64,000 bases of DNA from an uncultured bacterium. Its GTDB lineage: Bacteria; Oederibacteriota; JAAXVQ01; JAUVAV01. Made by a program: the position numbers and the translations under genes. Under the pieces are notes generated by a model. It saw only the letters and a program-made list of their open reading frames with translations. It ran no database searches and was not told the DNA's origin. Below are positions 49,021 to 57,513 of the stretch, piece after piece (within the stretch, counting starts at the first letter, position 1; every line of letters starts with the position of its first letter). The DNA lies in NCBI GenBank assembly GCA_963710755.1, contig CAVQBK010000003.1:1248001-1312000 (forward strand). Direction: 5' to 3'.

Positions 49021-52000
49021 ATGACTAAATTTTTTCGGGCAATACTAATTCTTATGATGGGACTTCTGGGCATGGCCCAGATGGCTTCGGCCGAGGACGT
49101 CTTATTGGATAATACGGACACTACCCAAGGATGGATGGTGTTTAATGATGCCAAAGCCACAGGCTCGGTGTCTGTGGGACCTGGTCCCAACTCCACCTGG
49201 AAAGCCCTGGTGATGAATTACAATTTAACCGGCGGTAACTGGGTGTCTTTTGTGAAAAAAATCCCGGCCGGCATGCAGGGCATGAAAACATTGGTTTTTT
49301 ATTACCGCGGGCAAGGGAAGTATAATTTGGAAATCAAAGTACAAGATGGTGAAGGCGCAACTTTCGGCTTGAAAATTATCGGTGGTTCGGAAGTGCCCAA
49401 GTGGAAGAAGCTAGTGATCCCCATCGGCGAACTGAAATATCTGTGGGGCGGTACTGCTCAAACGCTCAATCCTGCCAATATACGACAATTCGAAATCGCC
49501 GTATCTACTGATGGTGGTGGCGGCCCGGGTAAAATGATGGTGTCGCACATCAGCTATTCTATGGAGACCATGAAAGCTGAATTGCCCGCAGGCACAGCAC
49601 CCGCTCAGGCCAAAGTACCGGAAACAACGACGCCCGGCATGAGTTACCGGGCTTTGGGCAATGTGGACATTGGCGCCAAAACCTCCTGGTCCACCTACGC
49701 CGACAAAGGCGCTGTGATCAATATTGATATAGCTTCCGGTCCGGCTGCAGGGGAAAAAGCGCTGCAAGCGAAATACCATTGGGGCCAGCGGGCCATTCCC
49801 GGCGTTCAGGAGCAAACCGGGATATGGGTGGCTTTTGTCAAAGATATTGGCATGGATCTGTCGGATATGCGTAACATGAGCTTTGTTTTCAGAGGTACCG
49901 GATCTGCAGCCAATCTGGAAGTCAAATTGGCTGACCAATATGGTGCCCGTTATGGCCGGGTCTTTCCCAACGGCAGTACCAGTGAAAAATGGACCACCAT
50001 TTCCATCCCCCGTTCGGATTTCAATTATATGTGGGGTGGCGACGGCTCGGGCAAATTTGACTGGAATCATGTGAAAGCACTGGAGATATCCTTGTCGCGC
50101 ACCGGCGATGCCCGCGACAGCGGAACCTTTGAGATTGCGGAAATTCATTTTGAAAGCGCGGTTTCCGTTTCCCGACCCATTGCCGGCCAGAAAGAGGCCC
50201 TGACCACAGTCAGCGGCCAGATCAAGGTTATCATCGACGACTTTACCGACCTCAATCCCACCAATCGCTATTTTGTTGTGGAAGGCGACGATTCCACACT
50301 GCAGCTGGACTCATCGCGCATCACTTTTCAGTCCGAATATTCCATGCGCATGCGTTATACCCTGAAATCCAGCCGGCCTATCGGCTCATGGGTGGAGGCC
50401 CAGCGACGATTTTCACCGGCTCTGGACTGGACCGGGGTGGAGAATGTGCGCATTTGGGTCAAAGGGGACGGCTCACGCAATATTTTCCGGATCAGTATTA
50501 CCGACGGGGAAGGACGAGTGTGGGTCAATGACAACAATGAGGTCTTGGCCTCCACCGACTGGTTCCTCGTGGATATGCCGGTAGAAACCTTTATGCTCTA
50601 TCAGGATCTCTATGCCCGCAAAGCTTCCAAACGATATGATCTAAGCAAGCAATTGCATACGGTGCGCCAGTTAGGCATCAGTGTCATCAGTCAACCTGAC
50701 CGAAGCAGCCAAGCTTCAGGTGAAATATTTGTGGAACAACTCTATGTGGTAGGACGAGATATTAATGTCGCTGCTGCCGTACCTATCAGGGAAAAACCAC
50801 CAGTGGGTATTGCTGTCCCTTTGAAAAATTGGAACATCGGCGGCACCTCGACCACGACCATGGAGAACTTACCCTCAAGCGGTAATAATATCACTCAGAG
50901 CATCAAGCCGCAATTAACCGGCAATTTCAAAAAATTCAGTGTTTTTACAGAATTGGATTTTGAATCACTCTTTGGCAATGAATCCGATGGCATACGTTCC
51001 CAAAGTGCAGCGATGACCGGCTCCAATGTCAGCGTGATTCTGCTCGATCCCTTCGCAGGTGTCAGCAATGTGATTGTCGGGAATTTATGGTTTGATGATT
51101 CGCAGCATATTTTTGCCAACAACAACCGCTACGGCGGTTGGGGCTTCAAAGGCATTCAGGCCGAGGGCTGGGTGGATGGCGTCCATCACCGCACTTATTT
51201 TCTTAAGCATAAACCTGATTCCTACACTTTGGCCGGGCACTACGCCCTCACAGCCGGAAATTTGAATTTTAATTTGGTCGGAGCTTATTACAACCAGTCA
51301 CCCTTTATTCCCAATGGCACAAAATTGGAAGAGGATGACAAGGCCTTTTTGTTTGATGTTACGCACCATTTAATTATTCCCAATCTCATGACTTTGAACA
51401 CCCTTGTGCGCGGCGGATATGACTGGTATCAGAAGTACTGGGATGTGCAAACCCAATCAGATATCGATAAGAGAGATTCAGGTCTGTTTATGGAAGGGGA
51501 ATTGAATTTTTCCGACCTAACCAATATTTTCTGGCCCGGGTTATCCTTCACCGGTCATTACCGTTATGTGGATACCGGCTTCAAGCCGCAATATCGCGAT
51601 AATCCTTATGTCTGGGATGATGAGATAGGCGACACCAATGGTTACATGGTCCAGCTCTATCAGGATTTTTCCGGAGCTTTTCTGACCGCCCAATATTACA
51701 AATATAACCGTCTTTCCAATCCGGATAATTACCTGGAAGATACTATTTTTTCGGTTGGCTACAATGATTGGAGTTCCGTAGATCTATCGCTGACCCAGGA
51801 ATTTAAAACCAAAATCTATCAATATTCGGATACCCGTTTCATTGTGGATGATCTCCCCGTTTATTTTGACGATAACCGTTCCGAGACGAGAACCACCCTG
51901 GCGGTAGCCTACCATTTCAGCGGCAGCTTTATCGTTCAGGAACAATTACAATTCAACCTGGTTGATCAATTTGCCCTGAACCAAAAGTATACGGAAATGT

Positions 52001-52164
52001 TTTCCACTATCAAGGTGTCCTATACGCCTGCACCCAACATTACCTACTCCATTGAAAACCGTTTCTCGCGCTACGGCCGGGAACAGGATGTACCTGTGAT
52101 TAACATCGCTGATCCATCCACGTTGTATGAATACACACGAGCCAGAATTGATTTGACATTTTAA
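49021..52164 (+). CDS. 3x CBM11-like domains fused to a C-terminal outer-membrane beta-barrel (putative carbohydrate porin)
   Basis: Signal peptide; three CBM11-like repeats (FYYRGQG, FVFRGTG, IWVKGDG); about 450 aa of aromatic amphipathic strands ending RARIDLTF. Confidence 0.7.
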   Translation: MTKFFRAILILMMGLLGMAQMASAEDVLLDNTDTTQGWMVFNDAKATGSVSVGPGPNSTWKALVMNYNLTGGNWVSFVKKIPAGMQGMKTLVFYYRGQGKYNLEIKVQDGEGATFGLKIIGGSEVPKWKKLVIPIGELKYLWGGTAQTLNPANIRQFEIAVSTDGGGGPGKMMVSHISYSMETMKAELPAGTAPAQAKVPETTTPGMSYRALGNVDIGAKTSWSTYADKGAVINIDIASGPAAGEKALQAKYHWGQRAIPGVQEQTGIWVAFVKDIGMDLSDMRNMSFVFRGTGSAANLEVKLADQYGARYGRVFPNGSTSEKWTTISIPRSDFNYMWGGDGSGKFDWNHVKALEISLSRTGDARDSGTFEIAEIHFESAVSVSRPIAGQKEALTTVSGQIKVIIDDFTDLNPTNRYFVVEGDDSTLQLDSSRITFQSEYSMRMRYTLKSSRPIGSWVEAQRRFSPALDWTGVENVRIWVKGDGSRNIFRISITDGEGRVWVNDNNEVLASTDWFLVDMPVETFMLYQDLYARKASKRYDLSKQLHTVRQLGISVISQPDRSSQASGEIFVEQLYVVGRDINVAAAVPIREKPPVGIAVPLKNWNIGGTSTTTMENLPSSGNNITQSIKPQLTGNFKKFSVFTELDFESLFGNESDGIRSQSAAMTGSNVSVILLDPFAGVSNVIVGNLWFDDSQHIFANNNRYGGWGFKGIQAEGWVDGVHHRTYFLKHKPDSYTLAGHYALTAGNLNFNLVGAYYNQSPFIPNGTKLEEDDKAFLFDVTHHLIIPNLMTLNTLVRGGYDWYQKYWDVQTQSDIDKRDSGLFMEGELNFSDLTNIFWPGLSFTGHYRYVDTGFKPQYRDNPYVWDDEIGDTNGYMVQLYQDFSGAFLTAQYYKYNRLSNPDNYLEDTIFSVGYNDWSSVDLSLTQEFKTKIYQYSDTRFIVDDLPVYFDDNRSETRTTLAVAYHFSGSFIVQEQLQFNLVDQFALNQKYTEMFSTIKVSYTPAPNITYSIENRFSRYGREQDVPVINIADPSTLYEYTRARIDLTF

Positions 52165-52188
52165 GGTGACATCACCAGAGGGGGGACT

Positions 52189-53757
52189 ATGGACCAATCA
52201 GCCAACAGGTCTCGCTTGAGCTTGGGTCTAAACCAACGAATTAGGCAAGGTAGCAAGGTGGCAGTGCTGGTCCTGCTGCTGGGCAGTATGATGACCGGTG
52301 TCCAAGCCGTGACCTCGGCTCAGTTGAACAGCATGGACAATCATGAGTGGGCCTTTGGATTTGGCGCGGCCAATACGATCGCCTTTGGCAATGACCAAGG
52401 CTATGATGCCATGAAGGTCACGGTCACGGACAACACCCAGATTTATTCGGCAATAAAGGTTAACGGCTTTTTCTATCCCGAAGACTGGTCTGGCATTACG
52501 GCTGTCAAAGTTTGGGTTTACATTGAATCTGCTAGCGATGGTAAAGAACTGCAATTATCGGTTCAAAAAGGGGATGGCTCGGAAATTACCAAGCCGATTT
52601 CAAGCGGTATTCCAGCTAATTCTTGGGTGGAGATTACCTTGGGCACTGATTTCAGTGCAGCCACGGCGGTATCACAAGTCATGTTGGTGGCTAACTATGT
52701 GGCCAGCGGTGATATTATCTATTACCGTGATATGCGCCTAGTCATAGGCGGGGTGGACCACCCCTGGGATGCCATGAACGGCCCCAGTTACAATTGGAAT
52801 CCCATCACCACCAGCGATTACAATATGTGGAATACCAGCGGCCAGCGTAATGAGCCGATTTCAAATTCAGTGACGGCCGATGGCTCGGCCGGCGCCCTTT
52901 ATCTGCCCTGGTCAGCTGACCGGTCGGCGGATTCGGAAGCCAAAGTGGAAAGCGGCAGTTTGCAGGGCATTACCGATCTTTCTTCTTATAATGAAATTCG
53001 TTTCAAGGTCTACAGCGACAGCACTGCCGTGCCGGTCAAAATGGGTTTCTGGGATGGCACCAACTTTGCCAGTTCCCCTGAATTTCAAGTCAGTTCAGCT
53101 GGTCAATGGGAAGAAGAGAGCTTTACGCCTCCCAGCGGGGTGGACATGAGCAGTTTGGTCAACATTTCTTTTCATGCTAACACCTCTTCTTTGGCAGGGC
53201 AGTCAGGGAATGTCTATATTGACAGTGTGCAATTTTTCACCATTCCCGCAACCTTCACGTTTACCCCAACGCCATCCTTTACCATGACGCCAACCCCAAC
53301 CATTTCCGCCACCTTCACACCGTCGCCAACCAACTCGCCCTCGTCAACCCATACGCCTGTCTTTTCGCCTACCACGACGCCCACAGTGACGCCGACAGTG
53401 ACTATGTCGCCCACGGGGACGCCAACACCCACCGCCTCCGTCACCTTTACTACAACACCAAAAGGACCTTTCAGTTTTGATGTTCGCATGGAGCGCAATA
53501 GTTTCAATCCTGCCCTGGGCCAGGTGTTGCACATCATCATTGAGTTGCCGGAGCATGAACCCCTTCAGGTAACGGTGTATAACCGTTTAGGGTTAAAAAT
53601 AAAGGAACTGGCCAATATTACCGTAGATCCCGGCCCTATAAGTTTGTCCTGGGATGGCAAGGACCAGGGCGGCAAAGTTGTGGCCAGCGGCGTATACATG
53701 ATTTACATTAACAGCGCCTCCCAGCAGAGCAAGAAGCTGGTCGCTATCATTAAATAA
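52189..53757 (+). CDS. Secreted tandem CBM-like protein with Thr/Pro linker and FlgD/T9SS-type CTD
   Basis: Signal peptide; PEDWS, DLSSYNEIRFKVY, GNVYIDSVQF; TPTP-rich linker (about 53240-53460); RNSFNP...VYNRLG...WDGKDQGG..VASGVY...KKLVAIIK. Confidence 0.75.
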   Translation: MDQSANRSRLSLGLNQRIRQGSKVAVLVLLLGSMMTGVQAVTSAQLNSMDNHEWAFGFGAANTIAFGNDQGYDAMKVTVTDNTQIYSAIKVNGFFYPEDWSGITAVKVWVYIESASDGKELQLSVQKGDGSEITKPISSGIPANSWVEITLGTDFSAATAVSQVMLVANYVASGDIIYYRDMRLVIGGVDHPWDAMNGPSYNWNPITTSDYNMWNTSGQRNEPISNSVTADGSAGALYLPWSADRSADSEAKVESGSLQGITDLSSYNEIRFKVYSDSTAVPVKMGFWDGTNFASSPEFQVSSAGQWEEESFTPPSGVDMSSLVNISFHANTSSLAGQSGNVYIDSVQFFTIPATFTFTPTPSFTMTPTPTISATFTPSPTNSPSSTHTPVFSPTTTPTVTPTVTMSPTGTPTPTASVTFTTTPKGPFSFDVRMERNSFNPALGQVLHIIIELPEHEPLQVTVYNRLGLKIKELANITVDPGPISLSWDGKDQGGKVVASGVYMIYINSASQQSKKLVAIIK

Positions 53758-53762
53758 AAAGG

Positions 53763-54710
53763 ATGATGCCTATGAAAACCAGAATAAGTTTAGGGATAAT
53801 GGTTATTGCCTTTGGCATGATCTCTGGTACAGCCCAGGCCGCTACTGGTGCCGATATGCTGGCAGCACAGCTCTCGCCTAGAGCCTTGGCTTTGGGTGGG
53901 GCCGCAACGGCCATGACCCAGGGCATTGACGCACTCCTGGTCAATCCTGCCGGTGCCAGCACGGTCAAACAATTTCAGATCAACGCCCTCTATCAGAGCG
54001 GTATAATTGACAGCACCCAATATCTGGCCTTGGCCGGGCCGATCAAGGTCGGCGGGGTCTTGGGACTGGGACTGACCTATCGCAGCCTGCCGCCCATAGA
54101 CAACCAAGGCGCAATGGATCAGTCCGTGGATGTAGAGGATGTGGTGGCTGCGCTTACCTATGCTTATAGCTTTCAGCTGGAGCCCAAAACCGATCCGGAA
54201 ATGGGCGCGGCTTTAACCTTCAAATGGTTAAGGTCGGTATTGGGAGTTTATGATGCCTCCACAGTGGCTATTGATTTGGGGGCTTGGTGGAAACCTCGTT
54301 TTTCACCGTCTTTATCGGTGGGTCTGGTCTTAAAAAATATGGGGCCGGCGCTTAAATTCATCGATGTGGCTGACCAGTTACCCATGAGTGCTAATTTAGG
54401 CCTGGCCTATCAAGTGCTTGCCGGCAAGCATCATGCCTTGCAGCTGGGCATGGCGGTGGATGTGCCGGTGGATACGGATCTTCTCGCCGTAAGTGCAGGT
54501 GCTGAATATTGGTTTGATCAAATCATCGCCGTGCGCGTGGGTTACCAATACCAAAATAATTCTCTGGCCGCTACGGTTTACGGAGGCCTTGGTGGGCAGT
54601 TTTACCTTAACAATCTGATGTTCAAGATTGACTACGCTTTATCGCCAGTACAATTTTCCACGGAGTTGCTGGAATTTGAACATACCGTTGCTTTGACCAT
54701 GGGATTTTAG
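53763..54710 (+). CDS. PorV/PorQ-like outer-membrane beta-barrel
   Basis: SPRALALGGAATAM..GIDALLVNPAG; GAEYW....AVRVGY; IDYA...HTVALTMGF. Confidence 0.82.
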   Translation: MMPMKTRISLGIMVIAFGMISGTAQAATGADMLAAQLSPRALALGGAATAMTQGIDALLVNPAGASTVKQFQINALYQSGIIDSTQYLALAGPIKVGGVLGLGLTYRSLPPIDNQGAMDQSVDVEDVVAALTYAYSFQLEPKTDPEMGAALTFKWLRSVLGVYDASTVAIDLGAWWKPRFSPSLSVGLVLKNMGPALKFIDVADQLPMSANLGLAYQVLAGKHHALQLGMAVDVPVDTDLLAVSAGAEYWFDQIIAVRVGYQYQNNSLAATVYGGLGGQFYLNNLMFKIDYALSPVQFSTELLEFEHTVALTMGF

Positions 54711-54731
54711 AAGTGGAGGAATAGCCGGAAT

Positions 54732-55775
54732 ATGCGCCGTGCACACAAAATCATCTGGATTGTCCTATGGGGCTTGGTGGTGGGGAGTGTTTTCCCACGT
54801 CCGACTGTGGCCGCAGAGTCGGCCAGCTTTAACCTGGGCGTAACCATCATTGACTATACAGTAGTACAGCTCAACAGTTGTGATAATCATGCTTGGGCCG
54901 CCCGGGATTGGGGTGCTGATTTTAATCTAACTTATGGCACCTTCAATGGACGGCGGGCCGTGCAAGCCAAAGTCACCAACCCCGACAATGCCTGGGCTTT
55001 GTTTCAAACCGATATCTATGTGCAACCCGATGACTGGTCCTCTTATGGCGTTGTGAGTGTTGATATTTACAATGATTCAGCTAGCGCCAAAGGCTTTGAA
55101 TTGGTATTGGATGATGCCAATAATAATGAACTGTTTCGCCAAACCTCTTCCGTATCGGTCAACCCCGGGAGCTGGCAAACGGTGACTTGGAACACAGCCT
55201 CCTTTCCCGCCAATGTGTCCCAAGTGAATTTAGTGTTTACCGCCGCCTCTTTTCAAGTGGGGGACAAGGTTTACTTCAGTAATTTAAGATTGGGGACAGG
55301 TGGCAAGACCTGGGACCCCTTCAGCGCGCCCAGCTACCGCTGGGAAGGAAGCGGCGATTTCGTGCCCTGGTCCACCCAGGGGCGCAACGACGGCATCGCC
55401 AATCAGGTGACCTATGCCAATTCCCCGGGCGCGGTGGTGCTGCCCTGGGACAGCGCCCAGGATGTAGGGGTCACCTTTGCCAAGATGCAGGCCACGAACT
55501 TGAGCGGCTTTGATTATTCCGGGAACACCACCATTACCATGCAATGTTTCAGTACCAGTACGGCCATTCCCATTTATATTGAATTTTGGGATGGAACCAT
55601 TCATAATACCACCCCTCAAAACGTGGGTACCGCCAACAGCTGGCAATTGCTGACCTGGACTATTCCCGGCGCAGTGGATTTAAAGCATTTGCAAGCTTTT
55701 AGTTTGATGCTGGATACCTCCGCGGCTTCCGGTTCAGGTAAAGTATATATTGATGATATTCGTTTCAATCCTTAG
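54732..55775 (+). CDS. Secreted tandem CBM-like protein, paralog of 52189, with pilin-type N-terminal strand and no CTD
   Basis: GGAGG RBS; signal peptide; mature N-terminus AESASFNLGVTI; QLNS.DNH.WA, PDDWS, WD....PSY.W, GAVVLPW and SGKVYID shared with the 52189 protein. Confidence 0.75.
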   Translation: MRRAHKIIWIVLWGLVVGSVFPRPTVAAESASFNLGVTIIDYTVVQLNSCDNHAWAARDWGADFNLTYGTFNGRRAVQAKVTNPDNAWALFQTDIYVQPDDWSSYGVVSVDIYNDSASAKGFELVLDDANNNELFRQTSSVSVNPGSWQTVTWNTASFPANVSQVNLVFTAASFQVGDKVYFSNLRLGTGGKTWDPFSAPSYRWEGSGDFVPWSTQGRNDGIANQVTYANSPGAVVLPWDSAQDVGVTFAKMQATNLSGFDYSGNTTITMQCFSTSTAIPIYIEFWDGTIHNTTPQNVGTANSWQLLTWTIPGAVDLKHLQAFSLMLDTSAASGSGKVYIDDIRFNP

Positions 55776-55918
55776 CGGTTGAGTGAAAAATAGGTGCCGG
55801 ATACCCTCACGGAAAACTTACTCATGCCTAGTTGGATAGTTCAATGGTAACCTTTGAAAAACAAAATGCTATTAAAACCCTGCATGGCATTAATTAAATA
55901 CGGAGGAAGGATTAGCAG

Positions 55919-57307
55919 ATGAAAAAAATGAATTTGGCAAGCAGATGGGTCATGACTATAGGACTCACGACTATGGCGCTCTTGGGGTGTCGCAACATTG
56001 CTCCTAATTATGTTGCCCCAACGGAACTGAATTCAAGTGATCTAAAAGTAATTCAGAAGGTGGCCAAAAGCACTTGGGATTATTTGGAGTTGAGTTGTGG
56101 CCAGTCCGGTATTCCGGCAGATCACATGCTTATCCGTGAAAATGGCGACCTGACCGATTCCAACTACACCACCATTACCAATGTGGGGTTGTATTTAATG
56201 AGTGTCCAAGGCGCAGTGGACTTGGGCTATATTGATCAAGCCACGGCTGATCAAAAAATCGAACATGTTTTGAACGTGTTGGAAAACTTGAAGAAATCGA
56301 GCCACGGCCTTTTTTACAACTATTTCATACATAAAGGCAATATGCGCCCCGCTGATGATCTGTATGTATCCAGCGTGGATTCCGCCTGGCTCGCGGCAGG
56401 GTTGATTGTGACATCACGCAATGCCAACCCCAAGCTTAGCAAGCAGGCCAAAGCCATGGCGGAAGCTATGGATTTCTCGGTGTTCTATGATTCCAAAATG
56501 GGACAATTTCTTTTGGGCTATAGTGACAGCAAAAAGGAGCAGTCCAACTATCATTATGGCCAAATTGTCTCGGAAGCACGGGTCATTAATTATATTGCCA
56601 TTGCCGAAGGTCAGGTGCCTGAGTCCAGCTGGTACCATCTCAATACCACTTTGCCCAAAGAATGGGACTGGCAGAAACAGAAACCGCGAGGCCGGAACGT
56701 CACCATAGATGGGCACACTTTTTTTCAAGGTTATTATATGTACGATAAGATTCCCATTGTGCCTTCCTGGGGTGGGAGCATGTTTGAATTTTTGATGCCT
56801 ACCTTGATTGTCCCGGAAGAACAGGTGGCGCCCCGCAGTCTTGGCATCAATAATGTGCACGCAGTTCAGATTCAAATCGATCAATGCCTGAAAAAGGACG
56901 GTTATCCGGTCTGGGGACTTTCGCCCTCCGCCATTCCTGCCGGCATTGACAACTTTAAGTATGGTGAATTTGGGGTGGCTTTGATGGGTTCCAAAGGTTA
57001 TAAGGATGAAGGCATTATCGCGCCCTATGCATCAGCCTTGGCCGTTAGCATTGATACCAAAGCCGTAGTGGAGAATTTCAAAAAACTGATGGAGCTTTAT
57101 CCTAAGATTTGGACCACCTATGGTTTTTATGATTCTGTTAATGTCAAGACCAAGGAAGTAGCACCTATGTACCTCACCCTGGATCAAGCCATGATCTTTG
57201 TGGCGCTGCAAAACTACCTGACTTTGGGTAAAACCCAACAACGATTTTTCCAGGGCCATATCAAGGAAAAATTGCTGCCGCTTTTAGGCAAAGAGACTTT
57301 TTATTAA
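55919..57307 (+). CDS. Lipoprotein of beta-1,2-glucanase clan, Cgs cyclase (GH189)-like signature
   Basis: Lipobox LLGC; YTTITNVGLYL, VSSVDSAWL, YHYG..VSEARV, PSWGGSMFEFLMP, WGLS, IAPYASALA, YGFYDSV, LTLDQAM. Confidence 0.85.
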   Translation: MKKMNLASRWVMTIGLTTMALLGCRNIAPNYVAPTELNSSDLKVIQKVAKSTWDYLELSCGQSGIPADHMLIRENGDLTDSNYTTITNVGLYLMSVQGAVDLGYIDQATADQKIEHVLNVLENLKKSSHGLFYNYFIHKGNMRPADDLYVSSVDSAWLAAGLIVTSRNANPKLSKQAKAMAEAMDFSVFYDSKMGQFLLGYSDSKKEQSNYHYGQIVSEARVINYIAIAEGQVPESSWYHLNTTLPKEWDWQKQKPRGRNVTIDGHTFFQGYYMYDKIPIVPSWGGSMFEFLMPTLIVPEEQVAPRSLGINNVHAVQIQIDQCLKKDGYPVWGLSPSAIPAGIDNFKYGEFGVALMGSKGYKDEGIIAPYASALAVSIDTKAVVENFKKLMELYPKIWTTYGFYDSVNVKTKEVAPMYLTLDQAMIFVALQNYLTLGKTQQRFFQGHIKEKLLPLLGKETFY

Positions 57308-57339
57308 TTAATAAAGTTACCGATGCACGTAAGCATTTC

Positions 57340-57387
57340 AGGGCCCTGGCATGGCGGTAAAATAGACCGCGCCGGGGCCCTTTTTTT
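57340..57387 (+). terminator. Intrinsic terminator
   Basis: agggccctggc...gccggggccct stem (inner gcggt/accgc) followed by T7. Confidence 0.75.
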
Positions 57388-57513
57388 ACCATAATTTTCT
57401 AGGCATAAACCTAATAATATGATATAGCCTTGGCGAGAAAAGGGCGGTTTAGACAGGCCCTGCCGACAAAGCAGCCGCCGGCTGTTTTGCATGAAACTGA
57501 GGGAGCGGTAAAA

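Noticed and set aside
49021-52164. 1047 aa barrel protein as the missing fimbrial usher or a TonB-dependent receptor
   Set aside because: The N-terminal 60% is CBM11-like repeats, and the barrel part (about 450 aa) shows no usher plug/C-domains or TonB plug motifs. Not fully excluded without a structure model.
53240-53460. Thr/Pro-rich quasi-repeat
   Set aside because: Ordinary low-complexity linker before the CTD; not a discrete DNA repeat element.
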